Positions 1-8,689 of a DNA stretch of 64,000 nt are shown here, one piece after another. This stretch comes from a bacterium. Lineage in GTDB: Bacteria; SAR324; XYD2-FULL-50-16. The stretch spans positions 79,649-143,648 of the forward strand of contig JAHJTV010000066.1 in assembly GCA_018829445.1 (NCBI GenBank). Reading direction: 5' to 3'. The notes beneath the pieces are model-generated. The model saw only the letters and a list, made by a program, of their open reading frames with translations. It ran no database searches and had not been told where the DNA came from. Position 1 is the stretch's first letter. Each line of letters starts with the position of its first letter. The translations under genes were made by a program, and so were the position numbers.

Positions 1-304
1 TATATTTTGTTTCAAATTTCTGCGCTATGGGGAATATTGGACCGGTTAACAGACCCCCGGTTGGTATTTCCGTTAAGGAATTAACAAAGCAGCCAAGAGC
101 CTTCTGAGCGATTTCGCATTTATCTTTTTCTAATCCATTTTTTTGTAGTACTACTAAATCATTGAGAAAATTAGTCAGTAGATTTCCCTTGAATTGATTG
201 TAAGCATAAGACACCGTTCCCCTGGAGGAGTCGAGTGAACGCAGAGGAACATCTTCTACCTTGGAAAGCCCAAGCATTCTTTTACGCTTTCGTCTGGATC
301 CCAT
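1..304 (-). CDS. hypothetical protein, N-terminal part only (gene runs off the left edge)
   Basis: Not in the ORF track. Reading the minus strand from ATG at 304..302 gives an open frame to position 1 (MGSRRKRKRMLGLSKVEDVPLRSLDSS...TEIPTGGLLTGPIFPIAQKFETKY). No family recognised. Confidence 0.3.
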   Translation of the reverse strand, partial: MGSRRKRKRMLGLSKVEDVPLRSLDSSRGTVSYAYNQFKGNLLTNFLNDLVVLQKNGLEKDKCEIAQKALGCFVNSLTEIPTGGLLTGPIFPIAQKFETKY

Positions 305-464
305 TGTTTTTCTCCGATGGTTAAATGAAAAGTAAAAAATTGTTTATAAACCATTTTGCTAATGCAAGGGTGTGAAAAATTTCCGGGTTGATTCACAGCC
401 TTTACAATCCTGCACTTCCTTACCACGAATTCTTAAAAATTACAAAAAATATTTGCTTTGTTCG

Positions 465-589
465 GGTTGTTTTTCTTTAATCGTATAAATAGGATAGAGG
501 CGTTTGGGGATAACCGGGGGTATTTTAGGTGTAATTTGAGAGTCTTTCCTTGAAGAGCATTTCCTTCATGTTTCCAATTCGAATGGCAC
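465..589. repeat. copy 1 of a ~125-bp direct repeat bracketing the toxin-antitoxin pair
   Basis: Hand alignment with 1577..1701 (offset 1112 bp): long identical blocks (AATCGTATAAA, AGGATAGAGG, GGTGTAAT/AGTGTAAT, TTTCCTT, AAGAGCAT, CTTCATGTTT, CAATTC). Roughly 75-80% identity with a few 1-2 nt indels. Confidence 0.85.
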
Positions 590-684
590 CGGCCAGGTAT
601 TAGGTCTCAGATTCCCTGACTATAAATCACTCCTGTTTTCTCACATTATTTGAAAGAGACCATCCCAGTTGGAGTTATTGAGCA

Positions 685-747
685 TGGGAATAGGGTCTTG
701 TATTTTGACTTTATATGAATATGTCAAAATTAAAGACCTGACCCCCA
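685..747. repeat. imperfect inverted repeat; arms belong to a dispersed GGGGGTCAGGTCTTT-N-ATTTTGAC family
   Basis: GGGAATAGGGTCTTGTATTTTGAC (685..708) faces GTCAAAATTAAAGACCTGACCCCC (723..746), 18/24 complementary with a 14-nt spacer. The right arm recurs at 58403..58429. Confidence 0.7.
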
Positions 748-848
748 GTCCTTTTACTGCACTGATGGTGGTTTAACGATGCTCTTTGTCACGGAGCTTT
801 GGGAAAACAACCTACCGTAGGCGATATGCAGTCCGGTTTATAAAATTG

Positions 849-1166
849 TTATCTGTCCATAACAGCGCGGTCTTCCAAAATATACAGCCTAAGTTTTCTC
901 TCGCTTCGCATGACATAAAGTATGTAAACCTGGTTCTTGTCAATGCGATAGAATATATAGCAAGGACCAACTATGATTTCAAGATAGTCAGTATTGTGTA
1001 ATTCAGGAGGAGTTTTACCAGATTTTGGGAATTGCTTCAGACGTTTTACCGATGCAAAGACGTCTTTTACTAATTTTTTTGCTGCACTAGGTTTGTCGAG
1101 AGCTATATATTCTGCAATTTCATCAAGGTCAATGAGTGCTGGCTCGGCCCATATTATTTGAGCCAT
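849..1166 (-). CDS. type II toxin, RelE/ParE superfamily (ParE-like)
   Basis: 105 aa. N-terminal IIWAEPALIDLDEIAEYIA and C-terminal YRIDKNQVYILYVMRSERK are typical of ParE/RelE toxins. Its start overlaps the upstream antitoxin stop by 13 nt. Confidence 0.85.
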   Translation of the reverse strand: MAQIIWAEPALIDLDEIAEYIALDKPSAAKKLVKDVFASVKRLKQFPKSGKTPPELHNTDYLEIIVGPCYIFYRIDKNQVYILYVMRSERKLRLYILEDRAVMDR

Positions 1167-1411
1167 TTACTCATCCTTTCCTCTGCTTCTATTTCAGAAT
1201 ATATTCGACCTTCAAAAGCCGCTTTCTCGCCTTTTGCAATTCCCTCAAGAATACTCATTCTACTTTGCATTTGCTCAAAGTCATCGACATCAACAAGATA
1301 AGCGGACGGCTGTCCATGCTCTGTTATTAGTACAGGCTCTCTTGTTTTATGCAAGTCAGCAAGTATCTTGGTTGCTTGTCTTTTTAATGTTGTAACTAAT
1401 TCTGTTTTCAT
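1154..1411 (-). CDS. type II antitoxin, Phd/YefM family
   Basis: 85 aa. LKRQATKILADLHKTREPVLITEHGQPSAYLVDVDDFEQM matches the Phd/YefM N-terminal fold signature. Sits upstream of and overlaps the toxin. Confidence 0.85.
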   Translation of the reverse strand: MKTELVTTLKRQATKILADLHKTREPVLITEHGQPSAYLVDVDDFEQMQSRMSILEGIAKGEKAAFEGRIYSEIEAEERMSKWLK

Positions 1412-1576
1412 AATAGTGATACTATTCTATCACTTTTTAAGTTGCAAGTAATATTTTGAAGATAACACATTGAAACACATTGATAAGCAGAGTTTTCTCT
1501 ACCTCTTTCAGTTCAAAGCCTTAAACGTAGAGAAAATTCTATAATATGATCATATTCGATTTGGTAATCTGAATTG

Positions 1577-1701
1577 GGTTATTCACCTTCAATCGTATAA
1601 ACAGGATAGAGGAATTTTGGGATATCGGGGGTATGTTATAAGTGTAATCTGAAGTGTTTTCCTTAAGAGCATCCCCTTCATGTTTACAATTCAAGCGGCA
1701 T
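1577..1701. repeat. copy 2 of the ~125-bp direct repeat
   Basis: See 465..589. Lies ~166 bp upstream (minus-strand sense) of the antitoxin start; copy 1 lies ~161 bp upstream of the ORF starting at 304. Confidence 0.85.
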
Positions 1702-2289
1702 CAGTGAGGGAGTTCAAGATGCCAATTGAACTCCTTAACCTGGACGACAAACTGAACGCCCTGAAGTTGGATTTCCTGTTCAGAGAACTCACCGCCCTGT
1801 CAATCAACGAAATCGCCCCTGACATATTGATCAATCTTGAAATCACAATTTGTAATCTCAAGCAAACACCCCACAGACGCGATTCTTTTAGCGTGCTATG
1901 TGGTATATTTTTATCGCTAAAAGATCTGCCTGTAAGGGGTATTACATTGTAGATCAAGAAATTATATGAATGCTCTTGATGAAGTTTTTTCCTTTACCGG
2001 GAGATACAATCGCAATACGCAGTAAAACGGCTTTGACAGAAAAAACGGCCGGGTACAGAGTTAAGCGGTTTTAATGGAAAACTCTCTTTTGGAGTTGATC
2101 AATCCGATTTTTTTTTGGGCTGGAGATACGACAGTCTTTGACAGTATGATATGTATTGACAGGCGATGTTGAAGAGGTCTCAACCGATTTTAGAAACCGT
2201 TTCTTCATCACCATCCCGGAAGAGCTGGGGAAGACCCGGACAAGACGATCAAGAAGAAACTGGAATAATGGCTGAAGCAGAGGCTGTTA

Positions 2290-2546
2290 ATGGAGAGCCT
2301 ATGATTTGCCGACCGCTACAGCAGAAAAACCGGTTTGCAGCCGGGGAACATCCGGGTAAAGGAACAAAAGCACATCTGGAGAAGCCCGTCGAAAGACGGG
2401 ATCATCAACTGGCTCCTGATCTTCGCCCCAAACAGACTCTGGAATACGTGATTGCTCACGACATCTGCCACCTGAAACACCGCAACCACTCAAATAATCA
2501 GTGGCGATTGCGGTTAACTGAATGCATTTGTATACAAATCGTTTGA
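2290..2546 (+). pseudogene. relic of a YgjP/DUF45-type (M48-like) metal-dependent hydrolase, frameshifted and 3'-truncated
   Basis: One frame (2401 mod 3) reads NIRVKEQKHIWRSPSKDGIINWLLIFAP, cf. family pattern RWGSCs..G.I.lNW.Li.aP. The frame of ORF 2166..2546 continues QTLEYVIAHDICHLKHRNHS, cf. idYVvvHELcHLkh.NHS. The frame switch is at the C-run around 2425-2432. WGSCS has degraded to WRSPS and HExxH to HDxxH. Confidence 0.55.
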
Positions 2547-2559
2547 CAACAATACGGTG

Positions 2560-3162
2560 TTACTTGATTCCAGTTAGCAAAAAAATAGGATATTTACCAT
2601 GTGGTTTGCAAGCGACACTCGCTGACGTAATTTTAAGATTTTTAAACCCAGCATCTTTTGCGGAGGTTAAAAATTTTTTCCTATCAAATCCAAAATGGAA
2701 TACCCCCGTATCTTCCGTGTGAAAGCTACCATCTTCTTCATCCAAATCTGCAATTGCTAATATTCCATTTTCATTTAACATCTCATTGAAATTATATAAC
2801 ATAGTTGGTATATCTTCAACATGATGCATTGTCATTGACGAGATAATTCCATCAAATTTTTTATCTAATTTGGTTTTTGATAAATCCATTTCTAGTATTT
2901 CAAGTCTGCATCCCAGTCTATTTCTTTTGGCTTCCAATTCCTTGTTCATGGAATCGGAAATATCTACAGCAGTAATTTTCCCAACAAATGGAGCTATTTT
3001 TTCTAACAGTAAACCAGTTCCAGATCCAAAATCCATTATTTGCATGGATTTATGAAATGTATAACTTTTCAGTATAGAGTTAGCGATATTTTCCACATTA
3101 TTGACTCTTTTTTCATCTTGCTCATAATTACCTGCCTTTTGTTGAAAAAAATCTTTGGTCAT
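2560..3162 (-). CDS. class I SAM-dependent methyltransferase
   Basis: 200 aa. Motif I IMDFGSGTGLL, then AVDISDSM and ISSMTMHH (Methyltransf_11/25-like). Confidence 0.85.
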   Translation of the reverse strand: MTKDFFQQKAGNYEQDEKRVNNVENIANSILKSYTFHKSMQIMDFGSGTGLLLEKIAPFVGKITAVDISDSMNKELEAKRNRLGCRLEILEMDLSKTKLDKKFDGIISSMTMHHVEDIPTMLYNFNEMLNENGILAIADLDEEDGSFHTEDTGVFHFGFDRKKFLTSAKDAGFKNLKITSASVACKPHGKYPIFLLTGIK

Positions 3163-3570
3163 ATTGTATTCCTTTGTAAACGTATAGGATTAAATGGAGT
3201 GGTTGATGAAAAACGGACTTATTCCGTACGAAAAATCAGACAGCTTTTGCCCTCATATAGTCAGGAAATATCATGCATTCTGGAGTTGAATAGTGGAGGG
3301 ATTAACATTCAGACCGTAGGATATTCTATAAAAAAACACCATGGGAACTGTATGTCACATCTTCTTGACCAAAAATATCAAAGACAAAAAGAAACATTAA
3401 CAAGTATAATATGATAGCTTTTTTATATCAGCCTTTTTTTCAGTAGATTTGTGATTTGAGAGTCAAATTTTCACACCAATACTGTTAACAGCAATATTGA
3501 TTATCCGCAACTTGCATCCCTTACTGTGAGCAGTAAAGTTGATTATCGCCAGACAAGACCGAGCTATCGC

Positions 3571-3620
3571 TCTCCCTCCAATAAAATCATTAATTTAATT
3601 TTGATTTTATTGGAGGGAGA
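3571..3620. other. perfect 19-bp-stem hairpin / palindrome
   Basis: TCTCCCTCCAATAAAATCA (3571..3589) and TGATTTTATTGGAGGGAGA (3602..3620) are exact reverse complements with a 12-nt AT loop. It lies just 3' of the minus-strand MBL gene, with no flanking U-run on either strand. Confidence 0.6.
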
Positions 3621-3661
3621 ATGTTTCCATAATAGCCTCGATGCTATTTTGAGGTGTCACA

Positions 3662-5218
3662 TTATACGCGGACCGTTTCACCCGAAAAAGGAACAAAGGC
3701 TTCAAACCCCTCAGACTGCAGTTTTTCGGCAAAACCCAGCGATTGCTGTTCTTCACCGTGTACTACCGCGATCCGTTTAACGTTCAAATTGGATTTTTTC
3801 AAGAAGGTTAGCATTTCGGATTGATCAGCATGAGCACTGAATCCGTCCAATACTTCCACATGAGCCTTGAGTGGATATTCTTTGTTGAGAAATTTTTGCA
3901 CGGGCGGCTTCCCCTTTCTGCCGGATTCCTTATACTCCAGACCTTTTTCCATGAGTCTTCGGCCCAGGGTATGCTGTGCCATAAAACCGACAAACAGGAT
4001 AGTGGTTGCCTCATTATGGATTTTGAAACGAAGATGATGGAGAATCCGTCCGGCTTCACACATTCCCGAAGAGGCAATTACAATATGGGGCGACATATCC
4101 CGGTTTAAGGCCATGGATTCCTCGACCGATTCGATAAACTTCAGCTGAGCAAAGGCAAACGGGTTTTCACCTTTTTCCAGAAAGGTTTTATGAGTGGCTT
4201 TATCATATACTTCCGGATGATCGCCAAATACCTTGGTGATCTTGCTGGAAAGCGGACTATCTACATAAACCGGCAGTTTTGGAATGCTGTTTTCATTGTA
4301 AAGCTCATGCAGCAGGTATAAAACCTCCTGTGTACGACCATAGGAAAAAGCAGGAATTATGATAGCGCCTCCCCTTCCTACTGCTTTGTTTATAACGGTT
4401 GCCAATCCTTTTTTTAAATCACTGACCGGATCATGGAAACGATCTCCATAGGTGCTTTCCATGATAAGCAGATCAATATCCCTGTCCTCCTCTGCAAATT
4501 TAAGGGTGGGATCATTTATAATCGGTTTGCCGAATCGTCCGATGTCTCCGGTAAAGCAAACCTTTAGCTGGCGACCATTAACAGTGTGACGGATGATACT
4601 AAAAGCTGATCCCAGGATATGTCCGGCATCATAGAGAGTGCAGACTGTATTTTTGGCAATCTCAACTGTATGGCGGTATGGTATGCCGTTAAATTGGGTC
4701 AGGGATTCTTCAACATCTTTGGAAGTGTATAAAGGCTCAATTCTCTCAAGACGATACTCTTTTGTAAGCTTGTCTATTTCTTCCACATCCAGGCGATGTC
4801 CATTCTTTTTAAGGACTTTCTGAATATCCCGTTTTTCTTTATTGGTGTGCTGTTTCTGAGTTAAAACAGCCCGTGCGGTTTTGTAATTGAGATAAGTGGC
4901 ATCCGATTCCTGAATATGAGCTGAATCAAGCAATAACGGTTTACAAGCATCCTGACTGGCAGAAGAACAGAAAATTTGTCCTTTGAAATTCTGTTTGGTC
5001 AGGTAAGGAATGCGACCCGAATGATCAATATGGGCATGAGACAATATTAAATTGGTGATCATCCGTGGATCAAAGGGAAATGACCGATTTTTGGCATTTG
5101 TTTCCTGCCTTCGCCCCTGGTACATACCACAGTCCAGTAATATCCGGTCCTGCTTTGTGCTGATCATGTGCATTGAACCGGTGACTTCCCGTGTTGCTCC
5201 GTAAAATGTGACATTCAT
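3662..5218 (-). CDS. MBL-fold metallo-hydrolase, beta-CASP/RNA-metabolising type
   Basis: 518 aa. HxHxDH motif (LSHAHIDHSG). Length and C-terminal GFSAHAD motif are typical of beta-CASP ribonuclease-like proteins. Confidence 0.85.
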   Translation of the reverse strand: MNVTFYGATREVTGSMHMISTKQDRILLDCGMYQGRRQETNAKNRSFPFDPRMITNLILSHAHIDHSGRIPYLTKQNFKGQIFCSSASQDACKPLLLDSAHIQESDATYLNYKTARAVLTQKQHTNKEKRDIQKVLKKNGHRLDVEEIDKLTKEYRLERIEPLYTSKDVEESLTQFNGIPYRHTVEIAKNTVCTLYDAGHILGSAFSIIRHTVNGRQLKVCFTGDIGRFGKPIINDPTLKFAEEDRDIDLLIMESTYGDRFHDPVSDLKKGLATVINKAVGRGGAIIIPAFSYGRTQEVLYLLHELYNENSIPKLPVYVDSPLSSKITKVFGDHPEVYDKATHKTFLEKGENPFAFAQLKFIESVEESMALNRDMSPHIVIASSGMCEAGRILHHLRFKIHNEATTILFVGFMAQHTLGRRLMEKGLEYKESGRKGKPPVQKFLNKEYPLKAHVEVLDGFSAHADQSEMLTFLKKSNLNVKRIAVVHGEEQQSLGFAEKLQSEGFEAFVPFSGETVRV

Positions 5219-5446
5219 ATGACTATCCTTATTTTCAGGTAACTGTTCGGTAGACTGAAGACTCCATATATAAAGAATTCAGGCATGGTCAAAGTGTTAT
5301 AATCGGGTCCACGATATGAAACTATCACCAGCATAGAAAGACAGGAGCAGACATGACAACTACTATTAAAGAGAGTTTGGATTCAAATCAATGAATCTAA
5401 TCAATTGAAATAAAAGAGATAGATATTGCATGCTGTTATCAGCCCT

Positions 5447-7180
5447 TTATTTACCTATCTGCTCTTCCTCTTTGAGTATTCGTCTTATCACTTTACCGAC
5501 GATGGATGTCGGCACTTCGGTGCGAAACTCGATTTCGCTCGGACATTTGTATCCGCTGAGTTTACTCCGGCAATGATCTATGATCTCCTCTTTTTCGGCT
5601 GATTGACCGGGGCGGAGCTGGACAAAAGCCTTGACTTTTTCTCCCTTTTTTTTATCCGGAACACCAATTACAGCCGCCAGCGCCACTTTGGGATGGGAAA
5701 TGATGATCTCTTCAACTTCGGCAGGATAAACATTAAATCCACCAACCAGAATCATATCTTTTTTTCTGTCGGTAATGATCAGATATCCCTCATCGTCTAT
5801 TCGACCGATATCCCCGGTCAGAAAAAATCTTTCGCCATTCAGCTTACGAAAATCAGCTTGATTGGCATCAGGACGATTCAGGTACTCTTTCATCACATGG
5901 GGGCCGTGAACGGCAATCTCTCCCTCTCCTCCTTCGGGCATTTCTATCAGGCCAGTTTCGATATCCACTATTTTGACTGTTGTATTGATACAGGGAAAAC
6001 CTACTGAGCCTATTTTTCGACCTTCAAGACTGGTAGGATTGATGCCGATAGGCAGACACTCGCTCATTCCGTAACCCTCAAAGATAATGGCACCGGTTTT
6101 TTTCTCAAATCGAGCCAGCGTCTCAGTAGCCAAAGGAGCTGCTCCTGAAGCGCAGCAAATGATGGAACTCAAATCAAAATCATCAATCATGGAGTGATTG
6201 GTCAAAGCGGTAAAAATGGTGGGAACCGCGGCCATTATGGTAACCTTGTATTTTTCTATGGATTGTAAGGCTTCCTTAAACGGTGGGTTTCCATTGCGGG
6301 GATCGGGTATGCAGACCACCTTATTACCGGCAAGGCAGCACCAGAGCATGGAAGTCCATAAACCAAAAATGTGATACCAGGGAAGGATCCCCAGGTAGCA
6401 ATGAAAACCACCCGATTTTGCCTGACGGGGTAATCCACCTGGTTCTTGTGAGAATCGAGCCCATTCGTGCAGATTCATAACTGCAAAAACCAGGTTGGAA
6501 TGGGTCAGACAAGCTCCTTTAGGACGGCCCGTTGTTCCACTGGTATACAGTATCATGGCCAGATCCTCATTGGGGGCGATGTCCGGGCTCGTTTTCAGCG
6601 GGGAGCTGCCTTTTAACAGATCATCAAAAAACAGGTGTCCCTCTTCATAACTTCCGGCCTTGGGTATTTTTCCCAGAACTCCCCCAAAAAATCCCTTAAT
6701 TTTTGGTAAGTAAGACTTAACCCCACATATAATCACGGTTTCTATTCCTGTATTTTTAACAGCAGTTACCGTGGTTGGATAAAAACCGGGATGGTCCATG
6801 CAAAACACAACTTTGGCGTCACAATCCTGGAGCTGAAAATTAAGTTCATCCGCCGTATAGAGAGGGTTACAGGTGACACAGACAGCACCTGCTTTTAATA
6901 TTCCAAAAAAGATCTCCGGGAATTGAGGGATATTGGGAAGAAAGATGGCAACACGATCACCTTTTGCTACTCCCATCTTCTGCAAAAATCCTGCTACTTT
7001 TTCCGCGGCCTCTTTGATCTGAGAATAAGTGCGGGTTGCGCCCTGGAAAATCGTAAAGACTTGTTGAGGGTATTTTTCTGCGGAATCGTCCAAGAAAGTA
7101 AACAGCGGTTTTTGGTATCCATCCAGTTTAAGTGGAACACCTTCCGGCCAATTTTTAGGGGATTCAATTTTGGAATTCAT
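5447..7180 (-). CDS. AMP-dependent synthetase / long-chain acyl-CoA ligase
   Basis: 577 aa. AMP-binding signature ILYTSGTTGRPKGA, then GYGMSE, TGDIGRIDDEGYLIITDRKKD and a C-terminal K (GKVIRR). Confidence 0.9.
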   Translation of the reverse strand: MNSKIESPKNWPEGVPLKLDGYQKPLFTFLDDSAEKYPQQVFTIFQGATRTYSQIKEAAEKVAGFLQKMGVAKGDRVAIFLPNIPQFPEIFFGILKAGAVCVTCNPLYTADELNFQLQDCDAKVVFCMDHPGFYPTTVTAVKNTGIETVIICGVKSYLPKIKGFFGGVLGKIPKAGSYEEGHLFFDDLLKGSSPLKTSPDIAPNEDLAMILYTSGTTGRPKGACLTHSNLVFAVMNLHEWARFSQEPGGLPRQAKSGGFHCYLGILPWYHIFGLWTSMLWCCLAGNKVVCIPDPRNGNPPFKEALQSIEKYKVTIMAAVPTIFTALTNHSMIDDFDLSSIICCASGAAPLATETLARFEKKTGAIIFEGYGMSECLPIGINPTSLEGRKIGSVGFPCINTTVKIVDIETGLIEMPEGGEGEIAVHGPHVMKEYLNRPDANQADFRKLNGERFFLTGDIGRIDDEGYLIITDRKKDMILVGGFNVYPAEVEEIIISHPKVALAAVIGVPDKKKGEKVKAFVQLRPGQSAEKEEIIDHCRSKLSGYKCPSEIEFRTEVPTSIVGKVIRRILKEEEQIGK

Positions 7181-7286
7181 GCCTGTCTCCTACTCTTAAA
7201 GTCGGTTATACTGATCAAAAAAGTTAAACAAAACGCTAATAACATAAAACTAGTCTTGCTATTCAAATCATTGACATCACTATCGG

Positions 7287-8030
7287 TTATCTACGGTTCT
7301 CCTCCATTTGTTCCTCATCCGGTTGGCTAAGTATTTTTTGACGACCGGCAGCCTGTTGAAAAAGGCGATCAATTACATATCCTCGCATGACCCTGGCAAT
7401 CCGGGACAAATCTAACGTCAGCATTATTGCTTTATCGATATCGGTTCCTTGAATCAGGCGTTCATGAATTTTCATCTCCTCATTGACGATTTTTTGCCCC
7501 AGTTTTGAATAATAAGTGATCTCTTTTAAGGATAATCCCAATTCAAAGATCTGATGCAGAAGATTACCTAAAGCCAGATCCTCGGAATCAAAGCTGTCTT
7601 CCTGTAGTGGGATCAACAGTTTTGCCTTTTTAGCTTCTTTAACCTGCCTGGCATTTAAACCGGTCTGTTTGCAGAATGTCTCCTTATCTATTTTAACCGA
7701 ATCCCCTCTGCCATATATCGTATCATGCATCTCGATCAGAGGCGCGATCTCTTTACCGGAATCTTTTTGTAACAGAATTTCTTTTATCCTGGTCAGTGAG
7801 AGACGATGCTGGTCCTGCAGCTTACGGATGAGGTTTATCCGTTCAACAAAAGAAAATGGATAAAACGCCACATTGGGACTTGTTTTGACAGGTGCAGGCA
7901 ATAATCCCTCTTTGATATAAAAAAGAATGGTTGGTTTTTTAACGCCAGTTGCTTCTGCAAGCTCCCTCATCTTAAGCATTTGTTTGCCGTTTGTTGCAGA
8001 TATCGGTTGGTTCAACGGTTTTTCCTTCAA
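7287..8030 (-). CDS. MerR-family transcriptional regulator
   Basis: 247 aa. N-terminal MerR HTH (MRELAEATGVKKPTILFYIKEGLLP). Lies directly upstream of the acyl-CoA ligase on the same strand. The exact start among M1/M18/M21 is uncertain. Confidence 0.75.
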   Translation of the reverse strand: MKEKPLNQPISATNGKQMLKMRELAEATGVKKPTILFYIKEGLLPAPVKTSPNVAFYPFSFVERINLIRKLQDQHRLSLTRIKEILLQKDSGKEIAPLIEMHDTIYGRGDSVKIDKETFCKQTGLNARQVKEAKKAKLLIPLQEDSFDSEDLALGNLLHQIFELGLSLKEITYYSKLGQKIVNEEMKIHERLIQGTDIDKAIMLTLDLSRIARVMRGYVIDRLFQQAAGRQKILSQPDEEQMEENRR

Positions 8031-8245
8031 TACTTCCTCCGGATTCCAGGATTGTATATTTTGTAAATGTCACTTACCTTTAATGAGTTATAACGAAAAC
8101 TGTCAAGTGTTACTTTGTGTTTTGGTAAATCCCCTCACCTTGCAGGTTTATGAAAAGTATCTTGCCGAAAATGTAAAATACGGAGTAAATATCAGAAGGT
8201 ATGAAATTTTGACCACTCAATGAAAATGCAAAACAGGGAGGTCTT

Positions 8246-8617
8246 GTGAATCAGAGTCTTTTTAAGCAGATTTTGAAGCTAATCAGATTTGTGCTGTTGA
8301 GCAACACGGTGCTGGCAGGTCTTATTGCTGTGGTCGGATACTTTAGAAGATGGGAAACGGGTTTTCAATATGGAGAGGGATTTTCCTTTGGCGGGTTTGC
8401 CATTATTGGGGTTGGAGTTTTAAGCCTTATTGGTTTTTGGAGTTCTACAAGGGATTTTTCCTATCAATACTCTCAATCTGCTGGGAACCAGTCCATTCTT
8501 GATAGATCCGTCCAGCTTTCATCAGAAGTACTGCAAAAGTTCAGCTTCCAAATTGATACCATCCTGTCCGGAGCTCTTGCAATTGTCATTGGAGCCATTC
8601 TTCAAACCTGTTTTTGA
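8246..8617 (+). CDS. small integral membrane protein, unknown function
   Basis: 123 aa. GTG start preceded by GGGAGG. 3-4 hydrophobic helices. Confidence 0.5.
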   Translation: MNQSLFKQILKLIRFVLLSNTVLAGLIAVVGYFRRWETGFQYGEGFSFGGFAIIGVGVLSLIGFWSSTRDFSYQYSQSAGNQSILDRSVQLSSEVLQKFSFQIDTILSGALAIVIGAILQTCF

Positions 8618-8689
8618 AACGGGTTTTTTGTTTTAAATGGATTTCAGGATAATATTGACATCTTCAACAGACTATTTCTTGGGCTGTGC

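Noticed and set aside
571-589. TTCGAAT-containing stretch inside repeat copy 1 that resembles a tRNA T-arm
   Set aside because: No acceptor stem, anticodon arm or cloverleaf can be drawn around it, and copy 2 has TTCAAGC at the same place.
465-1701. Calling the 125-bp repeats bona fide integron attC sites
   Set aside because: I could not find canonical R''/R' core sites (RYYYAAC ... GTTRRRY) on either strand, and no integrase is in the window. The idea is kept only as a cassette-like hypothesis in the findings.
1680-1957. Two ~90-codon ORFs (1680..1952 + and 1691..1957 -) lying antisense to each other just right of repeat copy 2
   Set aside because: They overlap almost completely on opposite strands. 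One starts inside the repeat. Neither has an RBS or a recognisable motif. Most likely random open frames in a decayed region.
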